From Chrysomallon squamiferum (taxonomy: Eukaryota > Animalia > Mollusca): a stretch of 64,000 nt of DNA. Of the stretch, positions 41,450 to 55,219 are shown piece after piece. The stretch lies in contig CM022672.1 in NCBI GenBank assembly GCA_012295275.1, forward strand, positions 4,340,001 through 4,404,000, read 5' to 3'. The position numbers were made by a program, and so were the translations under genes. Position 1 is the stretch's first letter, and the number at the start of each line of letters is the position of its first letter. The notes under the pieces are model-generated. The model was not told where the DNA came from. It saw only the letters and a program-made list of their open reading frames with translations, and did no database searches.

Positions 41450-41510
41450 TGATGATGATGATGATTATGATGATGATGATGGTAATGATGGTAATAATAA
41501 TGACGATGAT
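41337..41510. repeat. (AAT)n/(ATG)n compound microsatellite
   Basis: Trinucleotide runs. Confidence 0.93.
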
Positions 41511-42112
41511 CGAAATACTAATACTAATACTATTACCACTACTGCGACTACTAGTTCAACTACTACTAATAGTAATAATAATAATAATTACTAAAACATC
41601 CACACAAAAAAAAAAAAATAATAATAAAAAAAAATCGAAAGTAAATTATATATATAATAACAATAATAAATAAATAAATAATACAAAATAAAAACCCTAT
41701 GAACCCCGAAAAAAACTCCAAAAAACCAACAATAAACGCCTGAAAAAAAGAAACAAACAAAATATAAGGTAAATATAAAAATAAAAACGAAAGTGAAAAT
41801 TTAACAACATGTACTAAGAAAGACTCGATCCCACGTCTGTGAGAAAACTCAAACACAAATGCACTTAGGCTGCTTGCCAAATATTTTCGTACAGCGACGT
41901 GTGAATGAACTGGAATACTTACAGCCCACGCACTTTCCCTCTCTTTGAGTTCCTATAGTGATCGATTGTGCTGTGACGTCAGAGATTTGTTCAGCCAGGA
42001 GAAAAGATTCTTTACGGTTTGTTTTAGTGATAGCAGTTTTTAAATTTTATTTATTTATCTTAGTTAAAGGGGGGAAAAATATGAAAAAAATTCCTTTTTA
42101 TTTATTATTATT

Positions 42113-42240
42113 TTCTGGTAAATGCCACATATTTGTGAGATGGCAATATATTTTTTGGGAGATGGTTTAAGCTGGTTGCATGATCTGAAATCTGGTAAAT
42201 GCCACATATTTGTGAGATGGTAATATGAGTTTGTTTTGAT
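42113..42240 (-). repeat. Two inverted copies of the 79-bp repeat family
   Basis: CTGGTAAATGCCACATATTTGTGAGATGG twice (about 77 bp apart); reverse complement of the units at 44205-44445. Confidence 0.9.
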
Positions 42241-43919
42241 TAATTCATACAGACACACCACATACATATATGCAGACATATATATATATATATATATACA
42301 TACATACATACTTACATATGTACATGCATATTAAATTCATACTTTCATTCGTAATGACAATTATAACGGTGGTGATGATATTATTTATTTATTTATTTCC
42401 TTTCGAATTATTACTAAATACATTTTAATACAAAGATAAAATAAAATAAAATAAAGAAGTCAAGAAACAGAAGGAAAGATCAACGAACGAATAAGGAAGA
42501 AGTACTTCACCTACGATTCGCATGCTGAAAAGAGAATCAGAACTTACACAACACTCGTCTGTACTTAGTACAACTGTAACGAGAAGACGTACACACATCT
42601 TGAATGCCACATGCAGTCAAATCTGTCAACGGATCCACCCATTTATCAGATAACAGCTCGTCCGTTCGTCCGGTGGGCGGAAACATCATCATGTAGAGTT
42701 AATCATGTGGTCAGCGTTGAAAACTGATGCAGATAACGGTTATTACCTCTCAGTAGTTTTCGGTTTGGCATTACGAGGCAGGAAAAAAATCTTTTACTTA
42801 AAGACCCATTCGAAACAGTTTTAATCTACGTGTATATCCATTACTGCCATTCATGTTATTAAGTATGATGTGCAGTAGGGGGAAAAAAAAAAAAAAGACA
42901 GAAATGAATTTTCACAACATTTACATCATATACATAAAAGCACAGACACATACACAAATACGTTCAGAAACACACATATCCACACATACAAATAAGATAT
43001 ACGCATACACACTTACAAATACACATACACACTCATGTATACGTATGCACATACAAAAGCACACACACCGTCACATACATGTACAGAAAAAACACACACA
43101 AACATACACATATATAAATACAGATACATACACACAGAGAAAAACAAAAACACAAAACCCCACAACGAGCAACAGTAACATCAGCAGAGCTGTAGTTTTA
43201 CTTAATATCATTTGTTAAGATAAAAACAATTCCTTCACCGACGCATCTGTTTAATGCCTGATACCATTTTCAATCTCAAATCTCACTATTCTCACATATC
43301 TTAGAAAGTACAAAATCCGCCTCTCATGAAACTGACGCTCACTCATTAGCTCAAAACTTTGAACATTAAGATACTGTCTTACAAATAAATAACCATTTGA
43401 CAAGAAACTGATACCACTAAACAGCTAAGTTCCACGTCAAGACAATTTCGTCGTCTTTGATGACGCCAAACCCTTTCTTTTGTTCGGTATACCATGTCAT
43501 AAAATGATGCCATCAGTTAACAAACAAACCTGTACCATTCCACGACAAGCAAAAATAATCTGAGAAGATCGGTACCATCACACGGAAAGAAACCAAGCAG
43601 GCAGGTGTTGGAAGTAGGATCACACAGCAGTTTGGTGTTTCACAGTCTCATACATCAATTTATCGTATATCAAATCTATGCAGTTTCATAACAAAGTCAT
43701 ATCGTTTGACGAATGTGGCTTCTAAAAAAAACCTCATAACCATTTAATCATGTCACATCATCTGAGAATAAGCATTCTTATCGGTTTCTGGAAAGGTTGT
43801 ATGATTTTACGAAAGACTCATCGAGGTTCACATATCGTCTCTCAAAAGAACAATGTCCCACAGAAAGTTTTGTCTTGTTTTCATCTTACGATAAAACATG
43901 TAAGACATCTCAGAACGTC

Positions 43920-44445
43920 TTGACATACCATCTCACAAATATGTGGCATTTGCCAGATTTCAGACAGATCAGTCTGCTTATAAAATCCCACTATATTATC
44001 ATCTCACAAAATTATATTACCAGCTTACATCATCTCAAAGCAAACACATATTACCATCTCACAAATATTGTGACATTTACCAAATCTCAAACTATACAAT
44101 CAGCTTATCAGAGCTCTAAAAAAAAAAAAAAAAAAAAAAAATATCACATATTACCTTCAGACATATGTTTGACATTTACTCTGTAACCAGTTTATATCTT
44201 CTTTGAACAAACTCATACTACCATCTCACTTATATGTGGCATTTACCAAACCTCAAACCATACAACCAGCTTACACCATCTCAAAACAAACTCATACTAC
44301 CATCTCACAAATATGTGGCATTTACCAAACCTCAAACCATGTAACCAGCTTACACCATCTGAAAACAAACTCATACTACCATCTCACAAATATGTGGCAT
44401 TTACCAGATTTCAAACCATACAACCAGCTTAAACCGTCTCACCAG
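43920..44445 (+). repeat. 79-bp tandem repeat array (3 well-conserved plus several decayed units)
   Basis: ACTCATACTA at 44211, 44290 and 44369. Unit AAAACAAACTCATACTACCATCTCACAAATATGTGGCATTTACCAAACCTCAAACCATACAACCAGCTTACACCATCTC. Decayed TACCAT-containing units may extend to ~43250. Confidence 0.92.
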
Positions 44446-44781
44446 TTTTTGTCACCTTCTCATCTGACAAGGAGCAGATAACGATTTGCTTGCAGCTGCA
44501 TTGTCTGTTGAGAACGCGAGACTAATGGGCCGTGGCGAGCACGCAGATAAAGAGATAGATGAAACACGCGTGGGAGGATGCTCCTAATAATGGGAACTCG
44601 TTAAAATGGCCCGCATTCGCTGTAACTAAAGTGGAGATGTCAGTGGCATCTGAGACTGAGATAACGTTATTGATTCTGCTCGGTTAGAAATTTCCTGCCA
44701 GAACCAGGAAGAATTTCAAACTCTCTCACAATGTTCTTTCATGTTTGGCAGGAATCTAGTTCAGCTACGTTCACGTTCACG

Positions 44782-44836
<55 letters not shown>

Positions 44837-45811
44837 TTATATTTCTGGAGGTGGTCTGTAAATATTTCTATGTACATACTGTACTGTGAAGTTCTGTACA
44901 AATCATATCCAACTCATAAAACAGGCTGTCTCAAAATCATATATGTAAGCAAGCGAATTGCAGTCTGTCTTTAATAAACACACACACACACACACACACA
45001 AACATACTACATATACACATATATACGTATATAAGTATATGCAAAAATCACATACGTACGTACATACATACATACTACAAAGTTGCATACATACATACAT
45101 AGTCACAAATATGAACACATAAATGCACCTAAAATTTCTCAGTCTCATGACTTCACTGATCGCTGTTGATCATGCAGTCTTGAAGAAAAGTAGAAATGGT
45201 TGCATCTCATTCTCGGATCACATTCTTCTGTACAGGCCTAGAGCTGATGGAAGTAATCATTTGAGACTGCACAAACTTACAGATTCTACAGTTGTTCTTA
45301 CAGGTATTTTCACACCAATCAGCAGATGTGCGGTCTTCCCATGTCTTGCTAAAGCCAGCTTCGCGACCAGTTTTAAAACCAAAACTTCATCCCTGGTCCT
45401 CTCAGATCTGAGATTTCAGTCTTGCTCCTATGCACATATCACTGTCCAACTGAAACGTGTCTGCTGCTAGTTTTCTCTGAACGTAATTTAACATAGCCAG
45501 ATAATAATTCTTGTAAATGGAATAAAAGAATACAGAAGATTTGACGTTTCAAGACATCACAACAAAACTTTGTTAATAATGATTTATTTGTTTTCCCCAT
45601 TCATACTTTCAGCTATGATTGTAGTGATAAGAAAAAGGAAACCCGTCACTTTGAGCTAATTTTATTGACTGGAAGCAAGAATCTTTAATATCACCTTCCA
45701 GGTGACAGGAAAACAAATACAATAAACTGTAGCAAGATTTTCAGTAAAAACTATTTCCAAAATATTGTACATTCGAGTTTATACAGTTTAACTGTGCACG
45801 CACACACACAC

Positions 45812-45847
<36 letters not shown>

Positions 45848-46125
45848 TACATACAAATTCTATATGCATGCACTCTTATGCATTTGCATGTACGTATGTA
45901 TTCATAGACCCACATAATCACGCCTTTGACCATTATTAAAATAAAAATATGTTTTTAGCATGTAATAAAAACTCTGTTGATACTTGGACGTGTAGAGGTG
46001 TTGGTAAACATTAATTCAATATCTCCATTTTCGTGTAAATATTGTCATAATTTGTTTTCCTAGGATCCACATAACAGTGCAGTGATACCGACCTTGGCTC
46101 AGGACGAACTAAATTTAACACTTTC

Positions 46126-46387
46126 AAGGGGCGGATCAAGATTTTAACAAAAAGGGGATTCCTTGATTATTGTAGAAGTATTTTTAAAATGAAATAAACT
46201 TACAAATAAGTAAAGTTAAAAAAGAAAAAGAAAAAGAAGAAAAAAAAAATAAACGGTAAAAATTAGGAATGGCGTATTCGTGTGACCCTCCTTTAGCTGT
46301 GACCCTCCATTGGGTGTGACCCTTCACTGGGTGTGACCCTCCACTGGGTTTGACCCTCCAATGGACCCCCTTAAGATATCGGCTCAG
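46126..46387 (+). mobile_element. Short interspersed element remnant with internal 17-bp tandem repeat
   Basis: Starts AGGGGCGGATCAAGATTTT...GGGG, a terminus style common in invertebrate MITE-like repeats. TGTGACCCTCCACTGGG-type unit x5 at 46281, 46298, 46315, 46332 and 46349, then a C-rich decayed end. Confidence 0.5.
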
Positions 46388-46667
46388 TTTTGCTGTATTT
46401 TCGTGTGTTACTCGTAAATTCTTCATTACCTTGGTCGAAAAGACATTTCTAAGCCATTTATCGATTTCGTTTTGCTTCCATAAATCAATAATTCCAATCA
46501 AAAATGCGCTTCATTCACGAGAGGCATACGCATTTCGTAAACAAATGCCTAATAAAGTTTGTCGAGCAGGCTGTATTTAATATTAATTCTGTAAATTCAG
46601 AATTAGTAGTAGCTGTTGTTTTAGCTACAACAGCAGCATTAGTGGTAAAAGAGTAGAAATGGTGTGA

Positions 46668-46721
<54 letters not shown>

Positions 46722-46994
46722 TAACAATAGTGGTGGTAGAGATGGTGTTAATAGTAGTAGTAGTAGTAGTAGATGTTGTTGTAGACGTTATAAAAAATGT
46801 ATTCTATAATACTTATAGAAAAGACGTTTTTATAATCGCTAATATTTGGACCAAATATTTTTTTTTTTCTCTCAAAACTGAAAACGGTTAATCAGTCGGC
46901 AAGCTATGAAATGACATCGAAATTTCGCTGACAAAAACAAGTTTAAATTTTTGGCATCCTGTTCATTCGCAATTCTTTGCTTATTGTCTTTCGG

Positions 46995-47030
46995 CTTCTT
47001 CTCCTTCTTCTTCTTCTTCTTCTTCTTCTT

Positions 47031-47061
<31 letters not shown>

Positions 47062-47078
47062 TTATTATTATTATTATT
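46995..47078. repeat. (TTC)n(TTA)n microsatellite
   Basis: Trinucleotide runs. Confidence 0.93.
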
Positions 47079-47501
47079 TTGTAATTCTAGTCTTCAGCTT
47101 GTTACCGTGGTTTTTTCGATTTCACTTTATAAAGCCTTCTTGAAAGAAAGAAAATGCGGTTATATATATAACTCAAAAATTCAAAAGAAACTTGTATTGT
47201 AAATGTAAAGAAAAATCTAACTTATTTTCTCTGCCGGAAAAAAGAACAAAAAAGTTTTAAAAAATTTAAAAAAAACACATGACAAATTCAAGAAATTTCA
47301 ATTCATCCGTCGATCAAATTCATTCATCACACCATCCATTCATCCATAAACATATCTGTATTTTTCTATGTTTCTCAGTACAAAAAATCAAAATAAGAAA
47401 TTAAAGGTTAATCTCCTTCTAAAAGATTAATGTTTAATCAGTATAAAAAATCAAAATAAGAAATTAATGGTTAATCAGTACAGTAATAATAAAAATAATA
47501 A

Positions 47502-47534
<33 letters not shown>

Positions 47535-47702
47535 GAATGATAAATGATGACAACAACATAATAATAATAATGATGATGATAAATGAGATGATGGTGATGA
47601 TAAATAATGACAAAAAAATAATAACAATAATAATAACAATAATAATAATGATAAATAATAATAATAATCATAATGATAAATAATAATAATAATGATAAAC
47701 AG

Positions 47703-47767
<65 letters not shown>

Positions 47768-49128
47768 TTTATTCAGTTTAATATCTGTTCAGTAAGGAAA
47801 CAGTTTAATATCTTTGTAAAGTGTCTACATACACTTCCGGGAAGCAGTTGCCAAGGAGAGCGATTATGAAAGCTGTAATAGCAGCTGCCATGTTTTACCC
47901 GGTTGCCGTGGTTACTCTGCAACATAAGTATGCGGATATAAGTAAACAGATTTTCTTCCTGGCTCTGGCAGAAAGTTTTTAACGTGAAATGAATAAATAA
48001 TGTAATGATTAAAACAGAACGGTATGAATTAGTATTATAAAAATAAATGAAACAGAAAACTCAGAATTAATTTTAAAAATAATTTAAAATTAATCAATTT
48101 ATATATTTTTATGCCAACAAAAAAAAAAAAAAAAAAAAAGTTAAAAAATAAAAAATAAAAAAAAAGCAAAAGTAAATAACAGTATTCAAGAAAATTAGGC
48201 AATTATTTTTTTTTTTTTTTTTTTCGAAACTGTACCCCCTTAATCCAAACCGGTTTTTGAATATTGAAAACTAATCTTCTTTTCAAACACGTGGTTGTTA
48301 TTGAGAGAAATACAGGTAAAAGATTATTTATCCAAACAAAAACTGGAAACCGAGCTCTGGATTTTCCAGTTTTCTGGTACCAAGGTTTAATACAGACTTT
48401 AATATAACACAAACAATGAAAAGTAAAGGATGGAACTGTATTTAACAGAAACTTAAAAATTACTACGCTCACAAAAGCGGTTTTCTAGAAGCCGGATGAA
48501 TGGTTCTGTACCTGTATTGACGTCATTAAATAAAAAAAAAAAAAAAACATCAAATAATAATTTATAAAATTCCATTTGTAACAAAACTAATGTTTACAAA
48601 AAGCACCGAGACTCGGTATGTTAAAAACAATAATCAATAAACAACATAATAAACATCATTAAAAAAAAAAAAAAATTCACAAATCTAATTACAACAACAA
48701 CAACAAATTTTAATTAGTAATTAGTAATTTGAGTTGCCTTGTAGCAGACAGTACACTTAAAAGTGTACGATGTTGACAGAAAATATCCTAGCCTAAACAG
48801 ACTAACTGACCCCATACAAATATGTTGTTGCTTGTATTCAAGACGAAATATTAATTACCATAAATGCAAAGTTAGTACGCAACAAACTTTATTAGGTTGT
48901 CGTCGCGACTTTAGTAAGTTTTCCGTGGCTGCGAGTGATTACGGAGTTGACCGAGTTTCAAAGAAGCGTGATTTATTGGAACTGCTTTCCCGCCTACTCG
49001 AGTACAGATACATGGCAAAAGATGAAGACACTTGTGAAGCTTGCTTCGTAGACAGACGAGTGTTTGATCATACAGAACTGAGTCCAAATGGTTTCTTTAA
49101 AGTCAAATACAAATATCCACAAAATATT

Positions 49129-49172
<44 letters not shown>

Positions 49173-49484
49173 TAATAATAAAAAAAGAAAGAAAGAAAGA
49201 AAGATATGAAAAAACAATAAATAATGAGAAAATAAATAACAGTTAAAAAAAAAAGAAGAAAGAAATAATAATTAAAAAATAATATATAAATTAATTAATA
49301 AATAAATTACAAATCAAAATGAAACTGTGTGGTCATTGCAAATAATGAAAGGAAATAAAATAAAATTATAATAAATTAAGTGTTGACATCCAGAACCCCC
49401 CCCCACAGGATTTTTGAAGAACTGTACACGTACTCACGCACACACACACACACACACACACTCACACATATATACATACATAAA

Positions 49485-49550
49485 TGTCTGTCTGTCTATC
49501 TATCTATCTGTATATCTATCTGTCTGTCTATCTATCTATCTATCTATCTA

Positions 49551-49606
<56 letters not shown>
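49485..49606. repeat. (TCTA)n/(TCTG)n microsatellite
   Basis: Tetranucleotide runs. Confidence 0.93.
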
Positions 49607-49607
<1 letters not shown>

Positions 49608-49878
49608 GTATAAAAGCTCTTGCTGTTAGCTGATAATTATAATTACATGTAACGTTTAAAACAAAAGTTTCTATTAATGGATACAAATGTGTTAAGAGTT
49701 TTACTTGAAGGTGTAATCACGTGTTCGGGTGTTGTTAAAACTACATAAATTTGTATGTCCAGCAAATGTAAGATCTACCACTACTTTCTTTTCTCAAATT
49801 TTCTAACCTGTATACTAAAAAATACTTAAGTGCAAAAATGTAAGACCACTGAACTCTCTCTGTTTATTTATTATTTTA

Positions 49879-49923
<45 letters not shown>

Positions 49924-50384
49924 TATTAATTAATTAATTTATTTATTTATTTATTTTTTTTTTTTTTTGGGGGGTCTATAACACTGAAACACACTCAAGC
50001 TAATACTGTATTAACCGGTCTCTTGAACCATGAGCCCACCACGAGCGTGCTTTGCGACGTCTTTCTCCGATACGATCATTACGAAACTGTTTCTCAGATC
50101 TGTGAGCAGCAAGTTATCCCCCCCACACACACAGCGCGTGTATAGTGTCTGATTAAAACTTATCTGATCAAGTTTAACGCAGGGATAACTTACAAAACGT
50201 CGTGAGCACGCTTGTTAATTTCACTGCGGGGGCGGCCATTGTGTCCGAAAACTCGACCATTGTCCTCAAGTGTTCGTGCTGTTCTTGGTAACACCGAGAG
50301 TTGAAAAAAGAGACCGATATACTGATGTATTGTTACAAACTTTACTCAGAGAAATGCGTGTTGATCTGTCTACTTTAATACGCT

Positions 50385-50712
50385 GATAGATTTATGATAT
50401 TCGATCTATCTGCTTAGAAAGATGTATTGGTATAATTTATATTATATATGACTCGTCTGTTTAGAAAGATATATTGATGTAGTTATTCCAGCTGACAGGT
50501 CTGCTTTAAGAAGATATATTGATATAATTATTATATTTGACCCGTCATATTCAGAAAGATATACTGATATAATTATTATATTTGACCCGTCGTATTCAGA
50601 AAGATATATTGGTATAATTATTGTATCTGACCCGTCTGTTTAGAACGATATATTCATAGGTTTATTATAAATATTTGATCTGTCTGCTTAGAAAGATGTA
50701 GTGATATGTTTA
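50385..50712. repeat. ~45-bp degenerate minisatellite, ~7 copies
   Basis: AGAAAGAT-like core at 50416, 50463, 50509, 50553, 50598, 50642 and 50690. Unit ~AGAAAGATATATTGATATAATTATTATATTTGACCCGTCTGTTT. Confidence 0.88.
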
Positions 50713-52350
50713 TTGCAGTTTATCATTTTGCTAATATTGATCTATTGATACGCTGTTGAAGTTGGTCTGTTTACTTAGAATTCTGAGTTTCCAAGCAGCG
50801 CAATACCTCGACGTCATGGACGTTCCTGTTTTCAAAATATTCAATGATCAATGATACTGTTTCTTTTATCAAATTTAATACATTATTAATGCCGAAAAAG
50901 AAATTTGGCATATATATATATATATATATATGGTATGTATGTGGGTGTTTGTTGGTTTATGTAGAGATGGATGTACGTTTATTATGTATAAAATTATAAA
51001 TATGTATATATTTGTGTGTATGTATGTATGTATATATGTATGTGTCTGACTCTCTGTGTGTGTGTATATTTATGTATGTCTGTATGTATGCATTGTCTGA
51101 CATTTAGACACCCTCGTTCTTCTTCATCCTCTTTTTGAGAGATTAACAAATGGACTGAGGCGTTACTTAACAAAACAACACAAAAAACTGTTTTCTTGTT
51201 CAACACAAATTAAATTAGCCACGGTTCTTTTTAACACGTACATTTCAGCAGAACACCTTTTCTTTTCCCCCAAGCCTCTGCCTCGCTCCCCCGCGCAGTC
51301 TTGTAAACGGGAGTAACTAACACCACGCATTAGACATCATAGCTTTCAAAGAAGACGAAGAAGACAAAAACTGGCATGCAAAAAACAATAAAAAAAAAAA
51401 AAAAAAAAACGCGAAGTCGGCGAAGTAAATTCTCTTGGTGTATTCTGACAAGTAGTGGGCGTTGTGGCGGGCTGGAAGATGGCGCCACGGCATCGACAAC
51501 GTAGTCTGGGAGAAAGATCTGCATAATCCGACCGTTTTAATCTACAGCAGCGACGACGTTGCTAGAACAAATTATCATTAGCACGTAATGAAATGATGCA
51601 ACGGATGTGTTAAATACTCCTCGTTTTCACTGTTATCAGTTGTTAGATGGTGGACACTTTTGTGTTGCATAATCGTTGATTGCAATGAATGAAAGATTTG
51701 TTATGCCTTGATAATGATATTGTACAAAACTAAACCATACTTTTGTGGTTTTTTAAAAAAAAAACCTTAAAAAAATATATATATACTCAGGTAATATAAA
51801 TGAATAAAACGCGCTAGTTCTTTTTGCATAAAGAAATCTGTTTGGGGACTTTACTTTACATAAAGGTGAAAATGCATAACATAAAATTTTAATCTGGAAC
51901 CTAGCTGTAAAGATTAAAACAAAAAGAAAAGAAAAAAAAAAAAAAAAAGAATATGTCGATCCATTCTTGTGGTTATCATATAAACTTAAATATTCTTGAT
52001 TATGAGAACAAACAGAAAAATGATTCTACTTTTATATGTATATAAATATTCTAAAATGAACATAACAGTTTTACTCATCGTGATTAATGAGAAGTTATGA
52101 TTCTACCTGGATGCGCACCTGGTCTGCAATGTTTTATTGATGAAGGTCGATTTTCCCTTTCTTTCTACCACGTCTAGTGTTAAATCTTTAATGCCATTTT
52201 AGGTATGCATACTTATATATCGACATAACTGACTTGTTTTGTGTATAGATACTCAAAGAACCGAGTAAACAAAATTGATCATCTTCAGAAAGCACATACA
52301 AATTCAAAGTAAAGAAATGACACCAAGTAGCTACGCAACAAACAGACACA

Positions 52351-52386
<36 letters not shown>

Positions 52387-52503
52387 GACAAACACAAACA
52401 CACAAAACGATCGGCTTTAAAATCTCAAAGATCTAAAATCATACCTAATAAGTGTTAGCTATTTGGAGAAATATGAATATTAAATATTTCTTTTAATTAC
52501 CAT

Positions 52504-52542
<39 letters not shown>

Positions 52543-53128
52543 CTACCACAACTACAATACTACTGCTACTATTACAACTACAACTGTTAGTACTACTACC
52601 ACTTCTATAACTACTACAGCTACTACTACAACAACTATTACTAATACAAACTATAATTACTACTGCTGCTACTACCACCATGAAAAAGGAGAAAGTGAAG
52701 AAAATGAAGATGACGATGACGAAGAAACAGAAGACAATTTAAAAAAAAATTAATAAAAATAAAAATAAAAATAAAAAAGCAATAATTACAATGGAAGTAA
52801 TTAAATTAGGAGAGACATTTTTTTTTTTTCAGATAGTTTATCATGAATTAGAAACTGGTAATTGTTAACCTCTGCGGTTCAAGAATTAAAAATGAATCGT
52901 ATTTCTACGTAATTTCTTCGGCCTGAGAAAAACAACTAGTATAGATTTGTTACCTGTAAGTGCACGTGTTAGCCTGACAGTGAGAATCGATACATATTCC
53001 AAGGTCGTGGCAGAGTAAACAATAATTAAAATTTAATGATGACATCCGTAAAGTTAATTAGAGTAAATAAGAAAATAAAAAAATAAAAAAATAAATAAAT
53101 CGTTATCGCTGTCATTACGTATGAATAA

Positions 53129-53173
53129 ATGTATGTATGTATGTATGTATGTATGTATGTATGTATGTATGTA

Positions 53174-53210
<37 letters not shown>

Positions 53211-53235
53211 ATGTATGTATGTATGTATGTATGTA

Positions 53236-53266
<31 letters not shown>

Positions 53267-53345
53267 ATGTATGTATGTATGTATGTATGTATGTATGTAT
53301 GTATGTATGTATGTATGTATGTATGCATGTGTGTATGTATGTATG
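53129..53345. repeat. (TATG)n/(TG)n compound microsatellite
   Basis: Source of the MYVC/HTYI ORFs in the track. Confidence 0.95.
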
Positions 53346-53440
53346 TTGGCATGCATATGCATGAAAGCATAACCAGATTAAAATAAAATAACAAAAATAA
53401 AAATAAAATATCCGCGCACGTTATTAATGAAATATGCAGG

Positions 53441-53488
<48 letters not shown>

Positions 53489-54146
53489 ATTCCATATTAG
53501 TACTGCACTGTCAACAACAACAACAAAAAAAGATACAAAAGATCTAAAAAGAAAAAGAAGATTGATGGAAAGAAGAAGCAGAAAAAAATATATAGAAAAA
53601 AGAAAACACAGCTTAATAGAAATATATACGTATATGTATGTGTATGTACGTATGTATGTAAGTATAAAGAAAAAGGCCAACAACAAATAATAAAAACAAA
53701 AATAATAATAAATAATTTTTTTTTAAAAACAAACAACAAAAAAATTAAATAACATCAAAAAAATAGGAATTTAAGTTCTTGCATTTCCTTCGTGTCTTCA
53801 AACATTAACACAGTGACAATTGTGACTTTCTGATTACCTGGTAAATCCGACCCACTGTGTATTACGTTATACGTAATAAATTACACTGCTACTGCAATGA
53901 TTATCACTGTAATACATAATACCACGTGGGTACACATAAAGTTAATCAGGAGGTAATTCGGTGCATTGTCTTAAATCGCAACAAATCAGGGTAATTGTCG
54001 TGTTGCCGTATTATTGACTCCCACTCTAACTAAAACAGACAACAACAAAGAAGAAAAATTACTACATGTTCATAGTTCGAATCAAGACGCAAATCCTCTT
54101 TATAGACATTTAGTTGATGAAAATAATTAATCAATTAACATTCATT

Positions 54147-54590
54147 AGAAGGATGAAAGATAGTATTTAATGACGCACTCAGCTCATTTTTATACAGTTA
54201 CATGGATGGAGTCCACTTTTCGTTTATGATCAAACACACAGTTAAACAGGAAATTCGCTGTCGTCACTGTTTGTGCTACTCTTTTACCGTTAGCAATAAA
54301 GATACTTTTATATGCACCTACCCATAAGTAGGGGGAAATGAAAACCGTTCCTTTAACGATATTTCAGTCCATTTTAGTGGTAATGATTAATCCTGTCATT
54401 TGTCTCACTTTGTGATCACGCTGTGAACCAGATAACATCCAAAAAACAACATGAGATCCCCAGTAACAGCAAAAAACTGTTTTGTTTGACACAGGGAAGC
54501 ACATACCATGATCTTTGACACTCCAGTCACATGACAGTAAAATGGCGCACTGAGACAGAATGATCCTGCTATCCAATCAAAACATTCGGA
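54147..54590. mobile_element. Decayed SINE-like interspersed repeat
   Basis: Blocks TATTTAATGACGCACTCAGCTCATTTT, GGAAATTCGCTGTCGTCACT, CTTTTATATGCACC and GCACATACCATGATCTTTGA have degenerate counterparts at ~5440-5560 and ~45630-45710. It resembles an abundant gastropod repeat as I recall it; not verified. Confidence 0.4.
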
Positions 54591-54698
54591 GTCAGTTACA
54601 GCCTTTTTCTTCATTTTGAAACCTACTACCCGTGTAAAGGAAAAAAAATATATATAAAATAAAATAAATGGGTAAATAATAAATAAATAAATTAACCA

Positions 54699-54775
<77 letters not shown>

Positions 54776-55152
54776 CAATAACAATAACAATAACATTGAT
54801 TCACCTCACTAAATTTCTCAAATCGACAACAGTATTATAGTGGAATAATGAACTAGATTGTATTTGGGAGGTCAGAACACTTCAAGTGTTATAGTTATCA
54901 GTGAATCCAGAGTGTTTTTTTTTTTTATAATTCTAATCAGTGCTTCAAGATTTGTTATCAGAGGATATGGTAAATAGTTCATGACAGCAGAAAACTGAAT
55001 GTGAAACAAATCTTGCTATGTATCGTTGAGTATTTTGTGGTTTATTTTGTCATGTTATTTTACAAAATCTGGCGTTTCATATCTAATTGGAGGTAATATT
55101 AAAATATATGAGATGACAAAATCTACGGAAGTAAACATTTATTTCCTTCACT

Positions 55153-55219
<67 letters not shown>

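Noticed and set aside
43920-44445. Repeat arrays (79, 51, 45, 28/32 bp) as CRISPR-like loci
   Set aside because: Head-to-tail units with no unique spacers, eukaryotic context, no cas genes
48763-49209. 148-aa + ORF, about 120 codons non-repetitive
   Set aside because: Non-ATG start, no recognisable domain and no convincing splice sites; roughly one such ORF is expected by chance in this much sequence
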